Below, one piece after another: positions 44,954 to 53,914 of a stretch of 54,427 bases of DNA. The DNA is taken from positions 1 through 54,427 of IMG/VR virus record IMGVR_UViG_3300003465_000008; one strand, written 5' to 3'. Position 1 is the stretch's first letter; every line of letters begins with the position of its first letter. A model generated the notes under the pieces. It saw only the letters and a program-made list of their open reading frames with translations, did not search any database and was not told the DNA's origin. The position numbers and the translations under genes are program-made. The stretch is from a virus. Its lineage: Duplodnaviria > Caudoviricetes.

Positions 44954-46828
44954 CTACTCCCACATCGCGTCGATTTCACGTTCCTCGCGTTCCTCGTCCT
45001 TGCCTTGAAAGAAGCTCGACACGATGTGGGAGACCATACTGCTGTGCGTGCCTTCGCCGGATGCGCGCTCGGCCTCCGTCACGCGCTCCCACGTGTCTCC
45101 GGCGTCGATCATCGCTGGCCGCACCCAGTCGGTCCACGCGCGATGCGCGAACGCGAGACCAAATACGCGGTCGTCCTTCATTGTCGTCACCGCGGGCTGG
45201 ATCGAAAAGCCGTCCTGCACGAGCGACTGAATCTCCATCGCGGCGGCAATCGAGCGGACTTCCACCATGCCGAGCGTGAGCGAGTCGCGCAACTGATTCA
45301 TGATCGAGAGTTTGTTGTCGAGGTTCGATTTCCAGTTATAGCAATATCCGGTTCCGGGCGAATCTGCTCTGTGGTACATATACCAGCGCGCGGCACCGAA
45401 GAGATCCATGATGCCGCCCTCACCGGGTAGCGGCAGCGCGCCGGCATCGAAGAGTTGCCGCAGGTGCTTCAATTCGAGCACCGTCGCTTCGCCCGGCCCC
45501 GAGACTTCGACGATCATCATCACGTTGCGGTAGATGCCGGCCAAGTGCGCGAGCGGCCACGCGACCTGATAGCACTCCGGCGCCGCGGTTGCGAATTCGG
45601 CAACCTGTACGAGACGGTCCGCGTAGCAGCGGCAGACCTGAATCACGGAGCGGTCCTGATATTCGCTCCTGCCGTAGGCTGGATCGACGCCCATCACGTA
45701 AGCCCCGAGTTCGGCCGGCGGCTCGTAGACCTTCAACTGCGCGTCCTCGGCGCTGTGCGCGACGCCGACACGGGTATCCATGAACGCCTCGCCGAATTCG
45801 TAGGCGTAACCCTGAAAGGGCGGCGGGTTGTCGGCCAACTGCTGCACAAGCCGCGCCATCTTGCGCGTCGGGAAGAACGATTGCCCGGTCTGCAGAAAGG
45901 CGTCGTCCTCGGTCCACGGGAAATCCTGATCCATCAACGCGGTCGCGGCTTGGCGCGTCTCGAGTTTCCAGCGATACCAGGCGAGTTGCCCCGGCACGAT
46001 GCGCACGCCATAGCGCTCCCACACCGCGTTCACGCGCTCCTGCTCGTCCTCCGAGAGCGAGCCGTCCCAATAGCGGCGGAAGAGTTCGCTACTGTCGTCG
46101 AGCATGTACTTTTCGTTCGCCCACCAGCCGATGAAGAACGCCTTTTGCGTGATCGGGTCGTTCTTCGCCTGCTGCCACAGCGTCCAGAAAAGGTTGTAGC
46201 CCTTCGCGGTACTCTCGAACATGTATAGCCGGTCGGGGAAGGTCTCGGCGAGCGTGTTGAAGAGCGACACCACTCCCTCTACCGCGCCATAGTTCGCGAC
46301 TTCGCTCGCGTGCAGGAAGTTGTAGGCCCGCGAGCGGCCGAGTTCGGTCGCCGAGCGCCGCGTGCCGGCGACCAAGTAGTCGAGCACGCTGCCGTTTTCG
46401 AGCACCAGGTTGTCGCGGTTGTGGTTCTTGACCTTGATCCCGTACTCGGGCGGCAGCGACGCGATGTAGCGCGACATGAGAATCTTGAACTTCTCGCGGT
46501 TGCCATCGCTATCCACGACGAGCGCGCCCTGCATGCCGGGATGCACGCTGAGCCAGAAGAGGTCGATTGCGAGCGACACTGTGCTGATCCCGAGCTGGCG
46601 CGCCTTCAACGCGATGAACATGTGAACGTCACGCGCCAAGCCCTCGATCACTTCGGCGAGGAACCGGCGCTGCGAGCCGTAGAGCCGCAGCGGCGAGACG
46701 CCGGTTTCCTTACTATCAATCGTCAGGTGGTCGATGAACTGCAGGAACAGATCGAGCCAGCGCGTTTGCTCGCGCGAGAGCGCATCGGCCCGCGCGCGTA
46801 CGCGCTTTTCAGTCTGGTACTGCGCCAT
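44954..46828 (-). CDS. terL: terminase large subunit
   Basis: LKARQLGIST (Walker A), FLHASE, ESTAKG, YVMGVDPAYG, DDRV. Confidence 0.88.
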   Translation of the reverse strand: MAQYQTEKRVRARADALSREQTRWLDLFLQFIDHLTIDSKETGVSPLRLYGSQRRFLAEVIEGLARDVHMFIALKARQLGISTVSLAIDLFWLSVHPGMQGALVVDSDGNREKFKILMSRYIASLPPEYGIKVKNHNRDNLVLENGSVLDYLVAGTRRSATELGRSRAYNFLHASEVANYGAVEGVVSLFNTLAETFPDRLYMFESTAKGYNLFWTLWQQAKNDPITQKAFFIGWWANEKYMLDDSSELFRRYWDGSLSEDEQERVNAVWERYGVRIVPGQLAWYRWKLETRQAATALMDQDFPWTEDDAFLQTGQSFFPTRKMARLVQQLADNPPPFQGYAYEFGEAFMDTRVGVAHSAEDAQLKVYEPPAELGAYVMGVDPAYGRSEYQDRSVIQVCRCYADRLVQVAEFATAAPECYQVAWPLAHLAGIYRNVMMIVEVSGPGEATVLELKHLRQLFDAGALPLPGEGGIMDLFGAARWYMYHRADSPGTGYCYNWKSNLDNKLSIMNQLRDSLTLGMVEVRSIAAAMEIQSLVQDGFSIQPAVTTMKDDRVFGLAFAHRAWTDWVRPAMIDAGDTWERVTEAERASGEGTHSSMVSHIVSSFFQGKDEEREEREIDAMWE

Positions 46829-47087
46829 GCCCGGTGAGCGCGAGGATCATGTCTGCCACGTCCTCACGCACCTGCTTGGCGTTGTAGAGCGTGCGCAGGC
46901 GCTTCTTTCGGCCAAGCGGCGTCGCTACCATGTCGGTGCGAAAGTAGCGGTAGAAGGTGTGGGCACCAAGCGGTTTGCCGCGCCCCATGCGCTCGCCCAG
47001 CATCGCGCACATCTGCCTGAGAGGCACCTGTTGCAGCGAAAGCATCTTCGCGAATGCGTGGTCGGCCGCGCTCGGCGCGAGTTTCAC
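46809..47087 (-). CDS. small HTH-like protein, possible terminase small subunit
   Basis: Basic; directly upstream of terL; GTGA coupling. Confidence 0.45.
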   Translation of the reverse strand: MKLAPSAADHAFAKMLSLQQVPLRQMCAMLGERMGRGKPLGAHTFYRYFRTDMVATPLGRKKRLRTLYNAKQVREDVADMILALTGHGAVPD

Positions 47088-47374
47088 GGGCGAACCGCGG
47101 CGGCGCTCGGCACTTCTGCCGGCTCGAGGTCCACCCAATACTCGCCATCGGGCACCGGGTGAAACCAGAGCCGCAGCTTCGCCACGTCGTAGGCGATCAC
47201 CTGGGGCAGCGCACGTGTGTTCGGCAGCACGTCGTGCATCTTGCGCATGTCAGCGAGCGCAACCAGGCGAAGCGGCAGATCCCGCCCGGCTTTCCTGCCC
47301 CGAATCACTGCGGTTTTCAGCGCGTGCTCCCATGGGTACTGCGAGACGCCGATCGCGAGGCGCAGTTCAGCCAC
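47084..47374 (-). CDS. hypothetical protein
   Basis: AAGGAA RBS, overlap-coupled. Confidence 0.5.
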   Translation of the reverse strand: MAELRLAIGVSQYPWEHALKTAVIRGRKAGRDLPLRLVALADMRKMHDVLPNTRALPQVIAYDVAKLRLWFHPVPDGEYWVDLEPAEVPSAAAVRP

Positions 47375-47639
47375 GACGTTCCTTTCGTTGCGCGCGCAAG
47401 GCGCGTTTCTCGGCGTCACGGGCGCGCACAGCGGCATCCACGGCGCTGAGGTAGGTTGCGTACCACTCGCGCGTTTCGCGAGCGCTGGCGGGCCGCACGC
47501 CGTGCTTGGCGCGGTAGAAACGCTTGAGCAACTTCGTGCCAGCGCGATGCACGGCGTGGATTGCGCGCGGCAGAGTTTTCGCGCGTTCGCGGCGCGTGCG
47601 ATTCGGCCCCGGCTGAGGCGAGTAGTTCGCGCGCGGCAT
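47367..47639 (-). CDS. basic hypothetical protein
   Basis: TGATG coupling. Confidence 0.5.
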   Translation of the reverse strand: MPRANYSPQPGPNRTRRERAKTLPRAIHAVHRAGTKLLKRFYRAKHGVRPASARETREWYATYLSAVDAAVRARDAEKRALRAQRKERRG

Positions 47640-47974
47640 CAGTATTCCGCCCACACTTCGACCATGCCGTGCTTCTGCACGAGAGCAAGAAGTTCTGCGT
47701 ATGGGTTGTCGTTCACTTCGCTTGGAATCGCTCCCGCCAGTTCTCGCAACATCGTTATGTCAGGAGTTCCGATGTAAAAAGGAGGCCCAGGAATTCGACC
47801 ACGGATTGCATCGAGAAACTGTACGGGCGACCAGCAGGCCAGCGTTCCTTCCGCCAATACCGGCCGATAGTGAATCGTCGCGCTCACGTGGTAGCACTCC
47901 GGCACTGGCGGCACATCAATGCGCCAGATTCGCTTGTCCCAATCTTCCCACTGAAACCGAATCGCATTGAGCAC
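47639..47974 (-). CDS. hypothetical protein
   Basis: 111-aa ORF filling the gap. Confidence 0.5.
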   Translation of the reverse strand: MLNAIRFQWEDWDKRIWRIDVPPVPECYHVSATIHYRPVLAEGTLACWSPVQFLDAIRGRIPGPPFYIGTPDITMLRELAGAIPSEVNDNPYAELLALVQKHGMVEVWAEY

Positions 47975-47982
47975 CGCGAAAT

Positions 47983-48489
47983 TCAGTTCGCCCGCGGCGG
48001 AAACATCGCCGCAGCACCGCCCGCAATCGGCGTCGCAATCTTCTCGGCGTCGGCCTGAGCGCGCATGTTCTCGCGCTGGCCTTCGATCTGAAACCGGACC
48101 TGTCGGCGGATGTGGTTCGTGAGCGTTTTCCCAAGCTCGGCACCCTCGGGGAAATTCTCCACCAGCCCGCGCGACTCAGCTTCGTCGAGCAGCGCACTCG
48201 CTACATCGAGCGCGTGTCGCGCAAGTCGCGTGGGATCACCTTCCCCCGCGTCGTGATACCCGGCACCCGAGTAAAGCGCCGAGTGCGAAAGCAGTTCGAT
48301 CGCCAAGCGCACCCGCAAATCCAGGCACGCGCCATTGCGAAATCCGTCAATCGCGTTGTCGCGGTAGCGCGTCGCCGGCCCGCGCTCGTTCGCAGCGCGA
48401 TTCGCGTCGCCGTTACCGCGGTCTCGCTCGTCGCTGTCGTCCAGCGCCTCCGGTTTTTGCATCATCACCGCCTGCGGCTTGTCGTTCAT
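47983..48489 (-). CDS. hypothetical protein
   Basis: MNDKPQ start with GAGGGGAG RBS. Confidence 0.6.
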   Translation of the reverse strand: MNDKPQAVMMQKPEALDDSDERDRGNGDANRAANERGPATRYRDNAIDGFRNGACLDLRVRLAIELLSHSALYSGAGYHDAGEGDPTRLARHALDVASALLDEAESRGLVENFPEGAELGKTLTNHIRRQVRFQIEGQRENMRAQADAEKIATPIAGGAAAMFPPRAN

Positions 48490-49109
48490 CGCGCTCCCCT
48501 CGTCAGGAAATTTCTGGAATGCCCGACGCAAATCCTACCCCCAAGTCCAGCACCGCGTCATTGTTTTTCGCTATCGCCAGCGGCCCGACGATTGCCACGC
48601 GGCAGGACCGCAACCACCCAGAACCCCGAAGATCCACATCGGAATCAACGGCGGAAACATGAATTTTTTTACGGGGGAAAACGCGTGGGGGGGACTCCAT
48701 TTTCAAACGCTCGCGACCCTTCGCCCTGGCGTTGCGGATCGCCGAGCGGCCGTAAATCCGCTCTTGCTGCACTGCGAATTTGACGTACTGCACATTCTCG
48801 GCGTTTCGCGGTGCTGAGTATCGCAGTGTCAAGTACTTACCGCGTATTGTTGACAGATTACGCAGGAGAGAGAAAAAAAGCGGCATTGATTCGATTCAGT
48901 TTTCCAACATTGCGGCATCGCGACAATGCACGCTGCGGTTCTGATCGCGCTGCGCACTGCCGGCGCTTTCCAAAGTTCGAGCTGGCGCCGAGTCTCGCCC
49001 GCAGTGCTCGCCTGCCGTTCTGATTCTCGCGCCGTCTCTCGCGCGTGGCGGTCACTTCGGGTTCGCTGGTTTGATGGCCGTTCGCGGTTTTCGCTGTTCG
49101 CCCGGCGGG

Positions 49110-49925
49110 TCAGTAGTCGGGGTCTGCGGGTTGCGGGGTTGTCGTGGTAGTTGGCGGTGTGCCGGTTTGGGTCTCGGCGTTCGGGTAGGCGTTTCGGATC
49201 TGCGGCGCTTCGCCGGCCGGTGCTCGCCCTGGCGGGATGGATTGCAGCGCGAGGTGGCGGTGCTCGAAGCAGTGCTCGTAGCCGTTCACGCTGCCGGTGG
49301 AAGCGGTTGGCGTCTGGCAGTAGGCGCAGGTTCGAGGCGGGCGCTGGACTGGCGCGTGGTCTTGGCCGTTGCCGCGCGACTGCGCTAGGGGGGTAGGGGG
49401 GTTAAATACTCTTCTCTTGCGTGACGTAACGTTACGGTGTAACGCCGACGTAACGTTACGCATAACGTTACCCGTAACGCCTGCTGTAACGTTACGGTAA
49501 CGCTCGCGGAATCGGCGTTGCCGTTCGGCATTTTTGGTTGCCGCAGGATCGACGTTGTTCTCGTCGAAAAACTCAGGGAATACAATGCCATTATCTGTTT
49601 GTGTGACCCATCCGATTGACTGCATGGCGGCACCGAATCCGTCGATGTCCGCGATGTCGTCGAGTACCGAAACCGTAACGCCTGGGCAGACTAGATTAGC
49701 GTTACTGTCGCGCTTTCCGCGGTGTCTCATGACACCCCATACGGAGACCAGCGCGCCGACCACGGCGTTACGCATAACGTTACGCGTAACGGTCATGTCG
49801 CGCTGGCAATTCTGGCTGACGTGCTTGGCGATTTCGCTACTTGGATCAAGTAGCCGATCGGCGAGCGCGCAGACCTTCGGCGACCTGTAGAGGTCGGTAT
49901 GCATCTTGACCCAATCGCGCGCCAT
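49110..49925 (-). CDS. phage replication initiator (lambda O/DnaT-like organisation)
   Basis: DWVKMHTDL..SPKV...LVSVW...AMQSIGW...F...N...NAERQRRFRER followed by a repeat-encoded NVT segment. Confidence 0.78.
   Translation of the reverse strand: MARDWVKMHTDLYRSPKVCALADRLLDPSSEIAKHVSQNCQRDMTVTRNVMRNAVVGALVSVWGVMRHRGKRDSNANLVCPGVTVSVLDDIADIDGFGAAMQSIGWVTQTDNGIVFPEFFDENNVDPAATKNAERQRRFRERYRNVTAGVTGNVMRNVTSALHRNVTSRKRRVFNPPTPLAQSRGNGQDHAPVQRPPRTCAYCQTPTASTGSVNGYEHCFEHRHLALQSIPPGRAPAGEAPQIRNAYPNAETQTGTPPTTTTTPQPADPDY
49421..49503. repeat. iteron cluster / putative replication origin
   Basis: Palindromic GTAACGTTAC at 49426, 49450 and 49486, ATAACGTTAC at 49462 (also 49774), next to an AT-rich tract. 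Confidence 0.7.
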
Positions 49926-49992
49926 CTGCGGCACCCCCGTTTTGCGGCCAGCGCCGGCCCGTGAGGCGCCCGCCTGATTGCCCGATCGCCCG

Positions 49993-50220
49993 CTATCCCG
50001 CGCTACCGTCGTTTGACCGACGCGCGGTCCCGTTCGCCAGTTGATGCGCGCGCTGGCGACTGACGCCGAGCTTGCGGCCAATCCACGCGTAGGACCGGCC
50101 GGCGGCGCGATGCGCTCGAGCCCGCGCGCGCTTACGGTCGCGCTCGCGTGCTGCGGTGCGGGCGCGCTGGTAGCGCTCACGCAGTGCCTTTACCGCTTCG
50201 CTGTAGGGTGCGCTTGGCAT
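49993..50220 (-). CDS. Cro-like HTH protein
   Basis: GRSYAWIGRKLGVSRQRAHQL. Confidence 0.65.
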   Translation of the reverse strand: MPSAPYSEAVKALRERYQRARTAARERDRKRARARAHRAAGRSYAWIGRKLGVSRQRAHQLANGTARRSNDGSAG

Positions 50221-50386
50221 GGCGGGCAGACCCGATTCTATGCCCGCCAGTAGCGCCGCTGTCAACTAAGGGCGCGAGTGCGCCTTGACTTTTACTCCAT
50301 CTCGCCGAGCGAGCGCAGCAGGGATTGTGCGGTCTCGAATCCGTTATACGTTGTACCGCTGACCGCGCGGACCTGGAAGGCGAGGT

Positions 50387-50596
50387 CTACCGACCAATCG
50401 CGGGACTTGCGAGCCGGTAGCAGCCCCATCGTTTCCCCTCGTGCGTGATGATCTGACCGTCGATCGCGTGGCCGCGCTTGCGCAACGCCGCAATCCGACT
50501 ATGCAGGGCGAGCGTGCCGCAGAGTGCATACGCTTCTGCCGGCGTGATCGAGTGCCCGGCCTGCAGGTGCGCCAGAATCCTATCCTCTTGCGTCAT
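50387..50596 (-). CDS. winged HTH protein
   Basis: MTQEDRILAHL..GHSITP.EA....G.L.L.SRI..LRKRGH.I. Confidence 0.75.
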   Translation of the reverse strand: MTQEDRILAHLQAGHSITPAEAYALCGTLALHSRIAALRKRGHAIDGQIITHEGKRWGCYRLASPAIGR

Positions 50597-50793
50597 TGTC
50601 CGCTCTCTTTCGGCTGGAACCGCGACGGCGAGAACTTGCAGGCAGCGCTCGGGGACCGCCACTGCCAGCGCTCGATGAATTCGCAGACGATGAAGCCGGA
50701 TGCATACCGCGTTTCCTCGCCGATCTGCGGCGAGCCGTGCGCGCAGGTTCCACAGTTGTTTGGCTTGGCGTCAAGTGTCGTAACTTCGCTCAC

Positions 50794-50830
50794 TTGACAA
50801 AGGATAGCATCTAGTTTCAAAATCGGTCAA
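50794..50830. promoter_or_regulatory. overlapping divergent sigma70-like promoters at the strand switch
   Basis: + strand TTGACA(50794)-18-CAAAAT; - strand TTGACC(50830)-18-TATCCT. Confidence 0.55.
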
Positions 50831-50848
50831 CTATCAAGGAGGAACGAC

Positions 50849-51040
50849 ATGCCGAAGTACAAAATCACGCAAACGCTGGTGCAGGGCGACGACCGCCACG
50901 AAGTCGAGCGCCTAGTTGACGCGAAGAACAAAGCGCAGGCCATCCAGCACGTCGCCGCAGACAGTATCAAGTGTGAGACGGCGACGGACGACGATCTGAT
51001 CCGGCTCACGAAGGATGGCGTGAACGTAGAGCAGGCGTGA
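50849..51040 (+). CDS. hypothetical protein
   Basis: AAGGAGG RBS; first early gene. Confidence 0.75.
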   Translation: MPKYKITQTLVQGDDRHEVERLVDAKNKAQAIQHVAADSIKCETATDDDLIRLTKDGVNVEQA

Positions 51041-51116
51041 AAGCAATCATTCCAGACGCGGCGCTACAGCAACATATCGCGCGCGGTGAGTTGCGCGCGA
51101 GCGAGGAGTTTTTCCC

Positions 51117-51299
51117 ATGAACATCCCGACGTTCGAGCAGCACGTCGTCAGCGAGCTTACCTATCTGAGCTACGCGCACAATCGCTGCCTGTCTCCCGAG
51201 ATCACGCCGGAACGATGGGCGCGCATCTTCGGCGAGCACACGGCGGAACTGGAAGCGCGATTTCAGGCCGAACAAGTGATTGCGAGGGCGAAAGCATGA
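51117..51299 (+). CDS. hypothetical protein
   Basis: GAGGAG RBS; ATGA overlap with the next gene. Confidence 0.6.
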   Translation: MNIPTFEQHVVSELTYLSYAHNRCLSPEITPERWARIFGEHTAELEARFQAEQVIARAKA

Positions 51300-52162
51300 C
51301 GTATACCGCGGGAATCCATCGCATCAGCGCGGCCGACTATCAGGCAGACCCTTGTCCCGAGCCGTCGCTTTCTGCTGGCATTTGCTGCGAGCTGATCCAG
51401 CGCTCCCCGCTGCACGCCTACTACGCGCACCCGAAGCTCAACCCGAACTTCAAGCGCGAGCAGGATTCGGTGCTCGACTCCGGCAGCATCGCGCACGCGC
51501 TCCTACTGGAAGGCGGGACCGATCGGCTGATAGTGGTCGAAGCGGATGACTGGCGAACGAAAGCCGCACGCGAACAACGCGACGCCGCATGGGCCGAAGG
51601 CAAGATGCCGGTGCTCGCCGCGAAGCTCGATACGATCACTGCGATGGTCAAGGCCGCGAAAGCCTACGTTGCGGCATCCGAACTGGCCGGAATCTTCGAC
51701 AACGGCGAACCCGAACTGACGCTACTCTGGCAGGAAGGCAAAGCCTGGTGCCGCGCGCGGCCCGATTGGTGGACGAACGACCGCCAAATCATGCTCGACT
51801 ATAAGAGCACGTCGGGCAGCGCCGAGCCTAACGCTTGGATTCGCAATCAGCTATTGCCGTCCGGCTATGACGTGCAAGCATCTTTCTACCGGCGTGGCGC
51901 GAAGGTGCTGGTGGGCGCGCTCCCCGATTTCATTTTTCTCGTGCAGGAGAACGCCGAACCGTTTGCGTGCTCGCTGATCGGCATGGCACCGGCGCTCGTG
52001 GATTTGGCCGACCGCAAGGTCGAATGGGCGCTCACGCTCTGGAAGAACTGCATCGAGCGCAATGAGTGGAACGGCTACCCGAGCGCGATCTGTCACGCCG
52101 AGCCGCCGGATTACGCGGTGCGCAGTTTCGAGGAAATGATGGAAATTGCGGGGCAGGGATGA
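51296..52162 (+). CDS. PD-(D/E)XK exonuclease (RecE/ExoVIII, DUF3799-like)
   Basis: GSIAHALLLE, E..L.W...CRARPD...DYKST...YDVQA.FY. Confidence 0.85.
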   Translation: MTYTAGIHRISAADYQADPCPEPSLSAGICCELIQRSPLHAYYAHPKLNPNFKREQDSVLDSGSIAHALLLEGGTDRLIVVEADDWRTKAAREQRDAAWAEGKMPVLAAKLDTITAMVKAAKAYVAASELAGIFDNGEPELTLLWQEGKAWCRARPDWWTNDRQIMLDYKSTSGSAEPNAWIRNQLLPSGYDVQASFYRRGAKVLVGALPDFIFLVQENAEPFACSLIGMAPALVDLADRKVEWALTLWKNCIERNEWNGYPSAICHAEPPDYAVRSFEEMMEIAGQG

Positions 52163-52392
52163 GCCGCGAAACTCGCCGAGGCCGCGATATTGACCTGTCG
52201 GTCAAGCGCACGCCTGCGTTCCTTCTGCCGCGTGAGCAGCCGAGGCCGTCCATGTTCACGCTTCGCCTGCCGCTACTTGCCGATGCGCCGCGCGGTGCCC
52301 GCGTGATCGACTCGCAGGGCGCGTATGCCGTGGCGCTTGCCGACCAGAACGGCCGCTATCTCGGACTCTTCGACGCCGGGATTCGCACATGA
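52159..52392 (+). CDS. hypothetical protein
   Basis: ATGA-coupled at both ends. Confidence 0.55.
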   Translation: MSRETRRGRDIDLSVKRTPAFLLPREQPRPSMFTLRLPLLADAPRGARVIDSQGAYAVALADQNGRYLGLFDAGIRT

Positions 52393-52586
52393 GTGCCGAC
52401 TTTACGGCCAAGATGGAAGCCGCATTCGCGATCGAGCTTGCGCAGAGCAAGTCGCTGCAAGCGCTCGTCGCCGAAGTCGGCAGGTATGAAAATGGGAAGT
52501 CCATCGCGAAGATGCTCTGGCAACACGGCTGGTCGGCTGGCGTACAGTTTGGCCTTGAGACGGCAAAGGAGATCATGCACAAATGA
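52389..52586 (+). CDS. hypothetical protein
   Basis: ATGA-coupled. Confidence 0.55.
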   Translation: MSADFTAKMEAAFAIELAQSKSLQALVAEVGRYENGKSIAKMLWQHGWSAGVQFGLETAKEIMHK

Positions 52587-52614
52587 GAACTGACAAGGAT
52601 TGGGCTGACAAGGA

Positions 52615-53229
52615 ATGGCTGCACGAACGGCCGCGCGGCATCTTTCGCGCCGTGCTGCTCGGTACGCTGCTCTACTTTTCGCTGCTCGCGCTAGGAATCG
52701 CAATGTCGCGCGGCTACTTCGGCTGATGGCGCGCCTACTCGACCCGAAGCGCGAGCAACCGCGATACAGAAAACTGGTTGAGCGCAATACTACCCATGGC
52801 TTGAGTAAGCACCCAATGTACGGGATGTACCGAACGATGAAATCAAGGTGTCATAACCCTAAATTTCATAAGTACGCATCCTACGGCGGACGTGGAATCA
52901 CTGTATGCGAAAGATGGAAAACGAACTTTGCTAACTTCCTGCGCGACATGGGAGAGCGTCCAAACGGCTATACCATTGACCGGATCAATCTCGACGGAAA
53001 CTACGAACCTGGCAATTGCCGTTGGGTGAACCATCGTGAAAACAGCGCAAAAAAACGGCCATATCCAGAATGGAAAACACGAGCCTATGCTGCTAACAGC
53101 GTCTTGATTTATTTCAATGGCAGACTCAAGCGTGCGTCCGAGTGGGCCAGAGAATTGCACATAGGGAGCGCTATCCTGTACGGAAGGCTCAGGAGAGGAT
53201 GGTCTATAGAAAAGGCGCTTTCCAAGTGA
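52615..53229 (+). CDS. free-standing HNH homing-endonuclease-like protein
   Basis: THG.S....Y..M.SRC.NP....Y..YGGRGI.VC.RW...F.NFL.DMG.RP...TIDRI..DGNYEPGNCRW; visibly lower GC; start uncertain. Confidence 0.8.
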   Translation: MAARTAARHLSRRAARYAALLFAARARNRNVARLLRLMARLLDPKREQPRYRKLVERNTTHGLSKHPMYGMYRTMKSRCHNPKFHKYASYGGRGITVCERWKTNFANFLRDMGERPNGYTIDRINLDGNYEPGNCRWVNHRENSAKKRPYPEWKTRAYAANSVLIYFNGRLKRASEWARELHIGSAILYGRLRRGWSIEKALSK

Positions 53230-53566
53230 GCAAACGGTTAGAACGCTCCATTCTTTCGCCAGAGTTTCATTATGTGCCTGCTCGTATGACAGACATCAGA
53301 AAGACATTTGCTAGGTGGCGCAGACTTCAAAAGGAAGATCAAAAGCGCGTTGTCGTGCCGATGCGCAAAGAAAAGCGATGACCTCCCCGCGCAAGGCACG
53401 AACGTCGAAGCAGCGGAGGAAAGAGAAATGAGCGGAGTCTTGTTGCTGCTTATCCTCATGATAGCGCTTGTCGCCATCGTTGACTGTGCGGCCGAAATGA
53501 TAAAAAGGAGAAAGAAATGAGCAACACGCCGCAGCAAGCATGGGACGCCGCCGCCCGGAGGCTTCG

Positions 53567-53914
53567 ATGACCGAGCGCAAGAGCGAGACGCTACTGGCCA
53601 ACAAAATAGCGAGTTGGCAAAAGTGCTTGATAGAAAGGTGCGCGGCTGACGGTCTTGATCCACAGGACGACGCGCTTATCTGCGACATGTATGCCGCGGA
53701 AAATGACGCCCGCTCCCTCGAACGCCGCTTGCAACAGGCAGTTGAGCTACTAGCCATCGCGCGGGAGGCGCTTGCGTTCTACGCTGACGAACGCAACTGG
53801 ACGCAGGATACAGTGGACATTGGAGTTGGCGAACAGTCGATTCCATTCAGCAGCACCATCGAAATGACGGATCGCGGGCGACAGGCTACCGAAGCCCTCG
53901 CGCGCATGGAATGA
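53567..53914 (+). CDS. hypothetical protein
   Basis: GGAGG RBS; AREALAFYAD motif typical of phage early accessory genes. Confidence 0.6.
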   Translation: MTERKSETLLANKIASWQKCLIERCAADGLDPQDDALICDMYAAENDARSLERRLQQAVELLAIAREALAFYADERNWTQDTVDIGVGEQSIPFSSTIEMTDRGRQATEALARME

